Virus record (IMG/VR): IMGVR_UViG_3300024259_001623 | Direction: 5' to 3' (one strand) | DNA length: 64,000 nucleotides | Source: a virus | Lineage: Duplodnaviria > Caudoviricetes | Shown here: positions 48,652 through 58,176 of the stretch, piece by piece | How positions within the stretch are numbered: the stretch's first letter is position 1 | Layout: the number at the start of each line of letters is the position of its first letter | The notes under the pieces: generated by a model | The model's input: only the letters and a program-made list of their open reading frames with translations | What the model was told of the DNA's origin: nothing | Databases searched by the model: none | Made by a program: the position numbers and the translations under genes

Positions 48652-49262
48652 TATTCTTCTATCCCATTTTTTATAATCTTTTCATATCGCCAATGACAAC
48701 TTGTTTGTACATGATTGGCTCTTACATATTTTGCTAATGATCTCTGGAAGTCTCCATACGAAAAACTATCAACCAGTCTAACAACATATCCTTCACATTC
48801 ATCATTGTTATGTTCTTTTTCAAATAACTCTTTTATCTTGTCAACGTCCCAGATGCCTCTATACAGTTCAGGGACAACTGATACCCCTAAAACATCTGCC
48901 CATTCTACCATATCATCCCAACTCAAACATTCATTCTTATCATTCCATATACTAAACAGATAAAAATACGATTTTAGATTTTTATAGTGAATAGAATGTT
49001 TGGCAAATAGGTTCTCTCCACAGAATCTCCAACCATCTGGAATCTCATAAGATATTTTAGAATGAAGATTCTTTACCCAACCTCTGGATGGATGAGAAGC
49101 TCCGAAAATAGATCGAGCGTGTAAATAGTCTTTATACATAGAACAATTATGTACTAATATTCCATTGGCAAAAAAATTATTATTACCACTGACGGATATA
49201 TCATATAATTTTGATTTATTAGATATTTTCTTTATTTTTTTGATTTTTACTTTTTTCAACAT
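48651..49262 (-). CDS. split-intein C-half (39 aa) plus the C-terminal part of an RNA ligase
   Basis: LYDISVSGNNNFFANGILVHN|C intein block F/G end, then ligase motifs CGEN, FSIW, EGYVVR and KYVR. Confidence 0.92.
   Translation of the reverse strand: MLKKVKIKKIKKISNKSKLYDISVSGNNNFFANGILVHNCSMYKDYLHARSIFGASHPSRGWVKNLHSKISYEIPDGWRFCGENLFAKHSIHYKNLKSYFYLFSIWNDKNECLSWDDMVEWADVLGVSVVPELYRGIWDVDKIKELFEKEHNNDECEGYVVRLVDSFSYGDFQRSLAKYVRANHVQTSCHWRYEKIIKNGIEE
49146..49262 (-). mobile_element. IntC of a naturally split intein
   Basis: Ends in HN with Cys+1; 9 Lys versus 1 Asp. Confidence 0.9.
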
Positions 49263-50271
49263 TTTTTAACCTATCTAATAATAATTCCATTAACTCACAA
49301 TCATCAATGGCTTTCATCTCTTTTTCCCATATATAAATAACAAAATAATTATATTTTTCTGCTATTGCATTTTTTAGAGAATCTTTTTTCCAAACCTCTC
49401 CTGCTTTTATGATACCATTAGGAAACTTTAAAATATCATCTTTTTTATAAATTTCAGGATTAGCGTGCCAATAGTCACCATTAATTTCTAAAATTATTCT
49501 TGTTTTATTTATTTTGAAATCGAAACTTTTTCTATTTATCCAAAATTGTCTAGTAAAACCGATATTAAGTTCTTCTAAAACATTAGAAATTCTTGTTTCA
49601 AGCTTACTAGAGAAATTATGAACAAAGTTTTTACATCTTTTCTGTATTATAATATTCTTTTGCTCATCTGATAAGTTTTTCCAATATTTTTTATATCCAT
49701 CGTGTAACTTATCCATCCTAATCTTTTTATCTTCTGGCGAAATTATTTGCCAGTGATCATTCATTTTTCCATATCTATTAGGAAGCGATTTTTTACCGTA
49801 ATTCTCTAACATATAGTCATGCAACCATGAATAATATTCTTCAGACTTCCATATATTATCTACTCCATAATTTTTCAAAAAAGTTTGTTTCTTTTTATCT
49901 TGTATATCTTTTGATTTAGAAACATTATCAACACCATATTTCTTTTCGCATGTATTCTTATATTTTTGTCTAGTCCTTATCGTAGACGTTGCCTCTCTTT
50001 TGGTCCTTTTATCAATGCCGAAATATTTTAATAAAAATTGACTTTGTACAAAATTAAGTCCATATTCTTGTAAAAAATCTGTTAAACTCCAAAACTCATT
50101 AATGTATTTATTTTTAAAATCTTCTTTATCAAATATATTTTTCTTATCAAAACATATTTGTTTAAATCTTAATTCCTGTTTATCTAAATTGATATTGTTT
50201 TTTTTAGCACAAAAATAAATATGACGAGAATTTCTTTTGTTAATTTGTTCTTTACATATAAAGCATTCCAT
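49219..50271 (-). mobile_element. Vsr/DUF559-like (EDxHD-type) homing endonuclease
   Basis: YGVDN repeats, S.LE, FDF, LEINGDYWH and WE motifs; sits between the intein halves. Confidence 0.85.
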
Positions 50272-50328
50272 AGAGTTATCTCCTTTTTATTACTATTCAA
50301 CAATAAAAATGGAGATTCCTCTATTTTA

Positions 50329-51147
50329 TTAGTCGTTTATAAGAAATTCATCATTTTCTGATAAATCTTTGACGCATCTATAACAATTTAAATTAGGCAA
50401 CCAAACTCTATGTTCTCCCGTTATTTTTATCATTCTGCCATCTTCTAACTCAATTTCATACCATTCTTTTTTACTATTCTCATTGATAGAGAATCCATCA
50501 ATTTTTTTGTATTCAATCTGACCAGTTTCAGCATCCATAGATAAAACTTTACAATCTATTTTTTGCTCACAAACGTCTTGTATGCTCTTTATTCCCAAAT
50601 CCGTATTTAACTCAGTTTCTTGGTCAAGACAGTTCTCACCGTCCATTTTAACGGTCACAACGACCTCTCTACCTTCAAAGTGTTCTGTAGACTTTAATTG
50701 TCGATCATCATTAGTTAATCCAGGACTCCAAGGCAAATGTAAAGTTCTAGGATACTTAATATATTTAGAAAATAAATATAATACTTTCCCTTGCTTTAAA
50801 ATCTTTTGTACTGAATGATCAAAGAATAATTCTCCTTTTAATCTTTCTCCGCTTGGCAACATAATATTTCCCCACTTATCATATTCATATTCGTCATATA
50901 AATGAGAAGGAATAATTACGTTTTCGATGCCAGCAGCCATTCTTAAATCTTCACAAGAAAGATGAGTTTGTTCAGCCGCAATATGATGATATCCGCACAA
51001 AGAGACACCGTTATCTAAATGATAACCGCCATCATCCCATAAACGTCTTTCTATGATATGATGAGCATCTTGCGCATCTTTTCCGCATATAACGCATTTG
51101 TGGTTATCTCTTTCAAAAACAGATTGTCTAAATTCATCTCTAGTCAT
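50329..51147 (-). CDS. HNH domain plus RNA ligase N-part plus split-intein N-half (100 aa)
   Basis: FERDNHKCVICG..DAHHI HNH domain; KYPRTLHLPWS and KMDGEN motif I; then CLDQET...TGEHRVW intein blocks A/B. Confidence 0.92.
   Translation of the reverse strand: MTRDEFRQSVFERDNHKCVICGKDAQDAHHIIERRLWDDGGYHLDNGVSLCGYHHIAAEQTHLSCEDLRMAAGIENVIIPSHLYDEYEYDKWGNIMLPSGERLKGELFFDHSVQKILKQGKVLYLFSKYIKYPRTLHLPWSPGLTNDDRQLKSTEHFEGREVVVTVKMDGENCLDQETELNTDLGIKSIQDVCEQKIDCKVLSMDAETGQIEYKKIDGFSINENSKKEWYEIELEDGRMIKITGEHRVWLPNLNCYRCVKDLSENDEFLIND
50332..50631 (-). mobile_element. IntN of a naturally split intein
   Basis: Begins with Cys1; TxxH block B; 23 acidic versus 12 basic residues. Confidence 0.9.
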
Positions 51148-51152
51148 TTTAA

Positions 51153-51560
51153 TTATGTTTGTAATGCTTCGTTAAAATCTTTCTTTTTAATAAATATTTT
51201 AGTAAATACGGCATCGTAACTTTTGCCTGCTGCTAAAAAGTCTTTTTTGTAAACTACTACAGGGACAACCACTTCCCAGGTATGGGCAAATTTTATAGCA
51301 CTAGGCTTATTAGTAAAGACATGCAGACCATGATGGATTTCGTGACTAGCCTTTTCAAACTTAGTTAATGTTTTACTCTCCCGATCAGAAATATTCCAAC
51401 CAGAATCATAATGTGTCTCCCGCCAAGGAGCTATTAAAACCCATTTGCCATCGATGATTGTTTTCTTATATAGAACTTTCCACATAATACATTTGCCACC
51501 ATGTTCTTTTAAAGTTCTTAAAACTCTTTTGGTTCTTTTATCATAAATTTTGCAACACAT
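51153..51560 (-). CDS. MCL...GIHV paralog family member 10
   Basis: MCCKIYDKRTKRV, HGLHVFT, AVFTKI. Confidence 0.8.
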   Translation of the reverse strand: MCCKIYDKRTKRVLRTLKEHGGKCIMWKVLYKKTIIDGKWVLIAPWRETHYDSGWNISDRESKTLTKFEKASHEIHHGLHVFTNKPSAIKFAHTWEVVVPVVVYKKDFLAAGKSYDAVFTKIFIKKKDFNEALQT

Positions 51561-51571
51561 AATTTATTCCT

Positions 51572-51994
51572 TTATCTCCCTGATCTCATGTTTCTATCAT
51601 CGCTACGAATATCATCTTCGGTTGATGGTTGTCCATCTGCTCCATAAGATATAATCAACGGTGCATTATTCTTGGAATATCTAAAATTATTTCCAAAAGA
51701 ATCTATGAAACGTTCATCTTCTATAGTTCCCTCATTGTCAGCAGTTCCCTGCATTAACGATGCTATTTCAGGAATAGTTAATACATCTTTTAAATATCTA
51801 GGATATTCTTGATGATATCTATGATAGGTTAGAACAGCCTTACTCAAAACTTTCAGTCTAGCACTTGTCTCATCTTCTTGCGCTCTTACTTGAACATAAC
51901 TTCCTACACTTACAATCAAAGAAATCAATATACCCATAATACTAATAACAACCAACATCTCTATAATAGTAAAGCCTTTTCGTTTCTTACTCAT
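51572..51994 (-). CDS. type IV pilin / GspG-like pseudopilin
   Basis: KRKG|FTIIEMLVVISIMGIL class III signal peptide; D.FGN.F.Y and ISYGADG C-terminal motifs. Confidence 0.88.
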   Translation of the reverse strand: MSKKRKGFTIIEMLVVISIMGILISLIVSVGSYVQVRAQEDETSARLKVLSKAVLTYHRYHQEYPRYLKDVLTIPEIASLMQGTADNEGTIEDERFIDSFGNNFRYSKNNAPLIISYGADGQPSTEDDIRSDDRNMRSGR

Positions 51995-52256
51995 TAGAAT
52001 CTCACTCCCTTATCACTTTTGGCGATTACAACGGCTTCCAAGCATTGTCTTTCAGTATCGAACTTATGAGCATCCATTCTGACAGTATGAGAAAAAGCCC
52101 ACGTACCGAATAAACGAACGAGTTCAACTAATGTATTCCAGTTCCAATAAAAAGCATACCAGCGACCATAACAAGTCTGATGTACTTTTACCCCAGCCTC
52201 TTCAGCAAAAGAGCGTAGTTCTTCAATAGTTTTTATATTGTCAACTTCTATGCACA

Positions 52257-52694
52257 TTATAATGTTTCCAATTCTTCGATGGCCTTATAATAATCAGCTT
52301 TTTTAAGAAAAACCTTCATAAACACAGCATCATACCAATCTCCAGCATACATAAAATCTTTTTGATGTACTGTGACAGGGACTACTAAACAATCACCTTC
52401 ATTGTTGAATTCATCCTTCTTAACCCACAATGCTTGTTTTTTATTAGTAAAGACATGAATGCCCTCTTCTACCGTATTACCGTAAAGTTCGTAATCATCT
52501 AATTTTTTGCTGTATCTATTAGACCTAATGCAACCATATTTGTATTCATAGTCCATATATGGAGTGATCAACTTTACACCTTCATATCCATGATCTTCTA
52601 CAAACAAAACTTTCCACATGACGCATTTTCCGCCATTCTTTTTGAAAGTTCTTCTTACCCTTCTGGTTCTTAAATCATCGATTTCTAAACACAC
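52257..52694 (-). CDS. MCL...GIHV paralog family member 11
   Basis: GTG start (M)CLEIDD, EGIHVFT, VPVTVHQKDF. Confidence 0.75.
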   Translation of the reverse strand: MCLEIDDLRTRRVRRTFKKNGGKCVMWKVLFVEDHGYEGVKLITPYMDYEYKYGCIRSNRYSKKLDDYELYGNTVEEGIHVFTNKKQALWVKKDEFNNEGDCLVVPVTVHQKDFMYAGDWYDAVFMKVFLKKADYYKAIEELETL

Positions 52695-52899
52695 TATTTC
52701 TTCTCCATAAATAAATCTTCTAACTCTGCTCCTTCTATCCATCGAGCATATTGATCTTCTGTTATACCTAAAAAATCTATCAGAGAAATATCTTCTTCTG
52801 AATTATGCCATGTTTCAATAAAATCATCTATTTGGTCTGATGTGACTTTACCTTGTCGGAATTGTTCAGCAAATGTTTCTTTATTCATCGTTTTCTTTC

Positions 52900-53106
52900 T
52901 TAAGGAATAAATTTTTTGACTGACCACTGTTTACAATTAGGGCATCTGATTGTGACGCAAATCTTTGTTTTTTCATGGCCCCATTCATCCCCTTCTTCAA
53001 TATAAAAATCATCTTCATCAATTACAACATGAAATTTACGATTACAACAGGGACATTCACCTGTGACTTCAAAATCAAGTTCTGATGTTATTTCTTCGTA
53101 TGACAT
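52900..53106 (-). CDS. small zinc-ribbon protein
   Basis: CPCC ... CPNC. Confidence 0.6.
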   Translation of the reverse strand: MSYEEITSELDFEVTGECPCCNRKFHVVIDEDDFYIEEGDEWGHEKTKICVTIRCPNCKQWSVKKFIP

Positions 53107-53117
53107 ATCATTCCTCT

Positions 53118-53558
53118 TTAAGCTGGCATCGTAGCCGCATAATAATCTTCCTTTTGTAAAAAGACTTTAGTAAAAACAACATCTCCTAAATTACCAGCAG
53201 CAATAAAATCATTTTTACTTACTGTTACTGGTATCACAATAAGACTTACTTCATCATGATTTTCATTATCATAATATTTTTTCCGAAGACGAAGATACCT
53301 TTTTGCTTGTCTCTTACTATAGAAGACATGAATACCATAATTGACTTCTTCCCACCTTATCTCAATATCAGTCAATTTGTTACTTGTTCTATTTGAATAA
53401 ATCCAGCCTGACTTATATCTAAAACCATACGAAGCAAAATACATAGGAAGTAATTGATTATTACGTAGATTAACAACCTTGTACATAACAAGACTGCCCT
53501 TCTTCTCAAGCTTTTTTCTTATCTTTTCAGTTCTTGCGTCATCGATTTCTAAACACAT
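53118..53558 (-). CDS. MCL...GIHV paralog family member 12
   Basis: MCLEIDD, YGIHVF, IPVTVSKNDFIAAG. Confidence 0.8.
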   Translation of the reverse strand: MCLEIDDARTEKIRKKLEKKGSLVMYKVVNLRNNQLLPMYFASYGFRYKSGWIYSNRTSNKLTDIEIRWEEVNYGIHVFYSKRQAKRYLRLRKKYYDNENHDEVSLIVIPVTVSKNDFIAAGNLGDVVFTKVFLQKEDYYAATMPA

Positions 53559-53583
53559 TTTATTTCTTCCTAATGATATGTAA

Positions 53584-53658
53584 TACTCCGGACGGGACTT
53601 GAACCCGCAAACTCCGGGATGAAAACCCAGCGACTTTATCCAATTTGTCTACCAGAGC
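53584..53658 (-). tRNA. tRNA-Glu(UUC)
   Basis: Loop TT TTC AT. Confidence 0.93.
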
Positions 53659-53666
53659 GAATATAA

Positions 53667-53740
53667 TACTCTGAACGGGATTCGAACCCGTGATCTTTAG
53701 ATTGAGAGTCTAACGAATTAAACCGCTATTCTACCAGAGC
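53667..53740 (-). tRNA. tRNA-Glu(CUC)
   Basis: Loop CT CTC AA. Confidence 0.93.
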
Positions 53741-53748
53741 GTATATAA

Positions 53749-53822
53749 AACTCTGGACGGGATTCGAACCCGCGATCTTTAGGATGAAAACCTAACGAAT
53801 TAAACCGCTATTCTACCAGAGC
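53749..53822 (-). tRNA. tRNA-Glu(UUC)
   Basis: Loop TT TTC AT; 5' half identical to the CUC copy. Confidence 0.92.
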
Positions 53823-54173
53823 GTAAGTTTTTATGCAGAAACAAAGCGACACATACCTTGATCAGCAGTATTAATACGCCAATCCATTTCTTCCAATTCT
53901 GACATTTCATCATCAGAAATCAGTTCTGTATCGACCATGACAAAAATTTCATCATGGTCAGCACACATTACATAATCTTCGTCATTATACTTCTCGAAGA
54001 TTTCGAAAGCTCGCTTAAAGCCTGCAAAACTGTTACCATTAATCTTCTTTACTTCATCTGTCATCTTACATTCCTTCAAAAAGTTAGTTCTTCTCTATGC
54101 AACAGCAATTCTGATTCTCCCGTCAGGGAGATATTCTATTATATAACCTCAATTACATAAAAACAAGACAATT

Positions 54174-55514
54174 CTATTCATAATCTTTCAGTTTGAAAGT
54201 TTTGCTTTCTTTTGGAATAAATCTTGTATTTGACCCATAACCCCATCCATCATCTGATAAGAACCAGAACCATCTATCAGAATATGCTGGAGCAACAGGG
54301 TTCCCATAGCCATCCGTAATCACAAAAACAGCATGAGGATACTTGATCTTCTCTATATTCATCACTCTTTGAATATGACTCTCCATTATATCAAATCTAG
54401 TACCACCGCCACCATAAACCTTCCTGCTTTCCAAGGTAGTTTCTTGGACAGAAGTATCAAAGCAAAACAGCCTAACGTTAAAGCGATCTTCTGGTAGCGA
54501 CTCAGCAGCTTTAAAGAACCTATCCTTCAAATTCCAACAAGAACCAGATGTATCCAAGAAGAAATATACATCGATTCTAGTATCATCTTCAAACAAATCT
54601 TCTACATCCATATCCGAAGGAAGATACATATCTCCTTGTCCAGGATAACTATTGAACATCTCTAGCCTTCTAGGAACTCTTGCCCACTGTTCGACTTCTC
54701 TATAATCAGATTTCAAGTAAGGAGAAGCCCAATTTTTTATAACTTCTTCCCATTTCCTTTTCTTTACAACCTTTTTCTCTGGCGAAAGAAAAACCCATCC
54801 TCCCGTACCAGTGGCACTTCTATTCTTTTTGCCCTCTTTATCCTTTTCTTTATCTTCGTCATCCTCTTGATAATGCTTCTCTATAACGTCCTTTAAAATT
54901 TCATCCTTCTCAGAATCATCAAGGAATTCATTCAAATCTTCAATGACTTCTTTCAGTTCTTCTTCACTCCAGAATCCATCATGGTCATCAACCAAACTAG
55001 GCATGTTTTCCATGAACTCATCTGAAAGTTGTTTCAGCTTATTGTAGTAGAATTCAAAAGATTTGTCATCTGGGACTTCTTCATCTTCGAATACAGTATC
55101 TACCCAACAAAATGAATCAGCATTATTCACCTTTTCTCTATTGAAATCGAACTTGTTAACCAAAGTATGATTTACAACAAGGTCCAAAGCAATATTGGTG
55201 ATCTCTTTTGCTTTCTTGAATACATCCTTTGCCCTTGATCCATGATTCAAAATAACATGAAGCATCTCATGGGCAATAAAAAATTCTCTGGAATACTGGT
55301 CGTTATTCTCCCAAAAATCAGGGTTGAAGTAGAAGCCAGTCTGACAACCTTCTTTGTCAAAGGTCACACAGGCCGTTGAGATAGCCTCTGTGAACCTCGG
55401 GGCACCAAGTTCCCAAAACTTGTAGAAGATTGCATGTTTGTTTTGTAAAGACCTACTGATTGCAAAAAACTCATCATCAGTAAGAACCGTTTTCTTTTCT
55501 ACTTTAGTATCCAT
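54174..55514 (-). CDS. metallopeptidase-like (HExxH) plus vWA domain protein (DUF2201-like)
   Basis: AHEMLHV, NIALDLVVN, FLDTSGSC, GGGGT.F and ITDGYG. Confidence 0.85.
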   Translation of the reverse strand: MDTKVEKKTVLTDDEFFAISRSLQNKHAIFYKFWELGAPRFTEAISTACVTFDKEGCQTGFYFNPDFWENNDQYSREFFIAHEMLHVILNHGSRAKDVFKKAKEITNIALDLVVNHTLVNKFDFNREKVNNADSFCWVDTVFEDEEVPDDKSFEFYYNKLKQLSDEFMENMPSLVDDHDGFWSEEELKEVIEDLNEFLDDSEKDEILKDVIEKHYQEDDEDKEKDKEGKKNRSATGTGGWVFLSPEKKVVKKRKWEEVIKNWASPYLKSDYREVEQWARVPRRLEMFNSYPGQGDMYLPSDMDVEDLFEDDTRIDVYFFLDTSGSCWNLKDRFFKAAESLPEDRFNVRLFCFDTSVQETTLESRKVYGGGGTRFDIMESHIQRVMNIEKIKYPHAVFVITDGYGNPVAPAYSDRWFWFLSDDGWGYGSNTRFIPKESKTFKLKDYE

Positions 55515-55547
55515 AACTCAAACTCTTTCTGTTGTGCGGATCAGGGA

Positions 55548-57035
55548 CTACTCAAACAAAAATCGGTCCTTATTTGCGACGATGTATTTGTTAAGATCAG
55601 GATACTTCTGAACAAACTCCAACTTAACCAAAGGCTTTTGCAATTCCTCCATACGAGCAAGACAATGGTTGATCAACCCCATAAAGTTCTTATAGTTATT
55701 ATCGATAGACTTTATGTGACTCTTTCCGGCAATCTTGTCAATAGTCTCAAGAACCTTTATAAGTTCTTGATAAGTCATCAATTGAGCTATATGAGGCAGC
55801 AAAGATGCATAATAACTCTTTCTTGAATGGGTGTCACTTAATCCCATTTCCTGTATCACATTACAATGCGGAATGATTTTATTAGTATTCGTTACCGTAT
55901 AATAATACCGTTTGAAATTCGTTTTCTTCACTCCCTTTGTAATGGCAGAATTAACCCAATTCCTTTCAAATGATCCCTTCGTATGTCTAGTGATCTTAGT
56001 GCATAATTCCTTATTCGCTCCTGCCTTTACGATTTCTTCCAGAACCTCTTTCAGCTTTGGTTCCTTTTCGTAATTCCACAAAGCAGTATTCCTAGCCATA
56101 TCATTCTCAGCGATGAGTTTAGCGATCTTCTCATCTGGCATCAATGGCAAGAAGAATTCGCACAAACCTTTCTTATCTACAATAGCAGCTAACGTCTGAG
56201 AATAGTTATCCTCATCTGCCAAGAAAGCCATGCCTTCTGCTTTATTTTTTGTAGTAAAAATACCTTTTAGTTTATTCACAGCAGGGGTATTCTTCATTTT
56301 ACTTACGAAACTGTTGATATTCGCCCCAGCAGGCAATACATCATTCAAGTCTCCGCTGAGGAAGTAATAATCTAAGGTGTATTCCAAACGTCTAGGAGAA
56401 ACCATATTCTTGACTTCTTCCGTTTGTTCCTTCCACCAAGTAATAGCTTGAGAAGCAACATCATTACCGTACTTCTGAGAGAAGAACTTTCTATTTGGCT
56501 CATAAGGGATTTCTACTTGAATTTGAAATCTATCAACTTGAGCAGGGTCAGCTTTTTCCACATCATAAGTATTTACATCATCTTCATCTGGGTTAATAGC
56601 AACCCAAACGATTTTCAGATTCTTCAAAACCTTACCATTAATGGACTTAAACTGAATCAGTTCCATAACGGCATTACGAATCTTCTTATGAGAACGATTG
56701 TACTCATCAATGAAAATCGCTTCTACTTCGTCTTGAGCAATTGCTTTAGGACGAATGAATTTAATGTATGTTTCTCCGGTGTCAGGATCAGTATGTTTTT
56801 CAGGAATACCAATGAAATCAACCCAAGGGTCTAAAGTAGCTCCACTAAAGTACATATAATTAAGTTTTGCTTTCTTCCAAGCATCCAAAATTATAGACGT
56901 TTTGCCAACTCCATGACGCCCAACGAACATAACATTCAGCCCGCTATCGATCCACAGGCTCATTTTGTGGTCGTTGATGAGATGTTTCCTTCTACGAGGC
57001 ATTTCCGACTCCTTAAAAATATTCTTTTCTCTCAA
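55548..57035 (-). CDS. MoxR/dynein-like AAA+ ATPase
   Basis: GRHGVGKT Walker A, IFIDEYNR Walker B, AINP, DRF and VSPR. Confidence 0.88.
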   Translation of the reverse strand: MREKNIFKESEMPRRRKHLINDHKMSLWIDSGLNVMFVGRHGVGKTSIILDAWKKAKLNYMYFSGATLDPWVDFIGIPEKHTDPDTGETYIKFIRPKAIAQDEVEAIFIDEYNRSHKKIRNAVMELIQFKSINGKVLKNLKIVWVAINPDEDDVNTYDVEKADPAQVDRFQIQVEIPYEPNRKFFSQKYGNDVASQAITWWKEQTEEVKNMVSPRRLEYTLDYYFLSGDLNDVLPAGANINSFVSKMKNTPAVNKLKGIFTTKNKAEGMAFLADEDNYSQTLAAIVDKKGLCEFFLPLMPDEKIAKLIAENDMARNTALWNYEKEPKLKEVLEEIVKAGANKELCTKITRHTKGSFERNWVNSAITKGVKKTNFKRYYYTVTNTNKIIPHCNVIQEMGLSDTHSRKSYYASLLPHIAQLMTYQELIKVLETIDKIAGKSHIKSIDNNYKNFMGLINHCLARMEELQKPLVKLEFVQKYPDLNKYIVANKDRFLFE

Positions 57036-57345
57036 TAGATATAAATAGCACCAGCGCTTTCAGGGATAAAAAAAGAGCCAGCCTTCATAACAAAAGACTG
57101 ACTCTCGTTTATCCATGACAATTTTAAAGAGTTCGCCTTCTCTAGCCTCGTGGGAATGACTCCCACATCAGGACCACCAGGTAGTGTTTAAAGAGGCTAC
57201 CAACTCTTCGATACAACGATCCATACTTATCTTAAAACATACGCAACTAATTATCGTAGAAGGGTCCAGTAATGGTTGACGCCATTACTTTCCCTGTCGT
57301 CAAACAAGCGAGCTATTTGCCCGCCCTTCTCCGAGAATAAGTTCT

Positions 57346-57648
57346 TTATCTTACCATTTTTGCCTTTTTGTAATCCTCTTCGATTAACTCTCTGATGATT
57401 GCATTTGCATCTTTAGACGACATTGGACGCATAGCATTAGTCTTATCATTCATCCAAAAGTTTTCGCTATCCCGATACAGCATACCAGTCTTGCCAGTTC
57501 TCTCTCCGATGATAAAACCTTTCTTAAACCTAACCAAAGAGTATCTTGGCGCCTTCTTTACCGGCTTATTATGAGGATTCTTAACATCATCGTCATCATC
57601 ATAATCATCGTCATAATCTCGGCTTCGTCTGCCTCTGTCCTGTCTCAT
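57346..57648 (-). CDS. hypothetical protein
   Basis: Promoter TTGCAA-N16-TATAAT at 57685-57712 upstream. Confidence 0.6.
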   Translation of the reverse strand: MRQDRGRRSRDYDDDYDDDDDVKNPHNKPVKKAPRYSLVRFKKGFIIGERTGKTGMLYRDSENFWMNDKTNAMRPMSSKDANAIIRELIEEDYKKAKMVR

Positions 57649-57726
57649 TTTTTTTCCTTTACTAAAAAATATTTACGACACTATATTATACTTGGATGTT
57701 ATTATTTTGCAATTAAAATATTTTAA

Positions 57727-57800
57727 TAGCGATGGTGAGGATCGAACTCACAGCCTCTCGCTTATGAAACGAGCGCTCAGACCTATTGAGCTTCACCGCT
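57727..57800 (-). tRNA. tRNA-Met(CAU)
   Basis: Loop TT CAT AA; A at position 8 is atypical. Confidence 0.85.
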
Positions 57801-58058
57801 TTCTATCATATTTATTAGATCGTCACGATCTAATTCGACGGCCAATTCTTTAGTCCCTCTAATCGAGCTAATATTATCAAAACTATCCCCAGGAGGCAGT
57901 AAGAATCTAGTACCTTTATCGGCTCTTATAACGTTTGCTTTGCCAGTTGGGCCATAAATAGTTATGCTATCACGAATAACATAAACCTTTGTGCCTGTTA
58001 TTTTTGTAACCCTTTTGCCTACTGGTATATCTTTAGCTGGCATTATTGCTTTCAACAT
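57783..58058 (-). CDS. hypothetical protein
   Basis: GGAG RBS; its stop codon overlaps the tRNA 5' end. Confidence 0.55.
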   Translation of the reverse strand: MLKAIMPAKDIPVGKRVTKITGTKVYVIRDSITIYGPTGKANVIRADKGTRFLLPPGDSFDNISSIRGTKELAVELDRDDLINMIESGEAQ

Positions 58059-58077
58059 TATACATCTCCTTCTTAAA

Positions 58078-58176
58078 ATCAGCGAAAAGGATTCGAACCA
58101 ATAACTGCCCTCTACCAGTAAGATAGCATGTTGCTTACTAAGCGGGGAGCCATGTTGCCAATTACACCATCGCTGA
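58078..58176 (-). ncRNA. tRNA-like RNA with an inserted hairpin in the anticodon arm
   Basis: Acceptor TCAGCGA/TCGCTGA, D-arm, weak T-stem; AGTAAG/CTTACT insert. Confidence 0.55.

Noticed and set aside
58078-58176. Archaeal-type bulge-helix-bulge intron
   Set aside because: I could not draw a 3-4-3 BHB, or a product with U33 and a clean anticodon stem.
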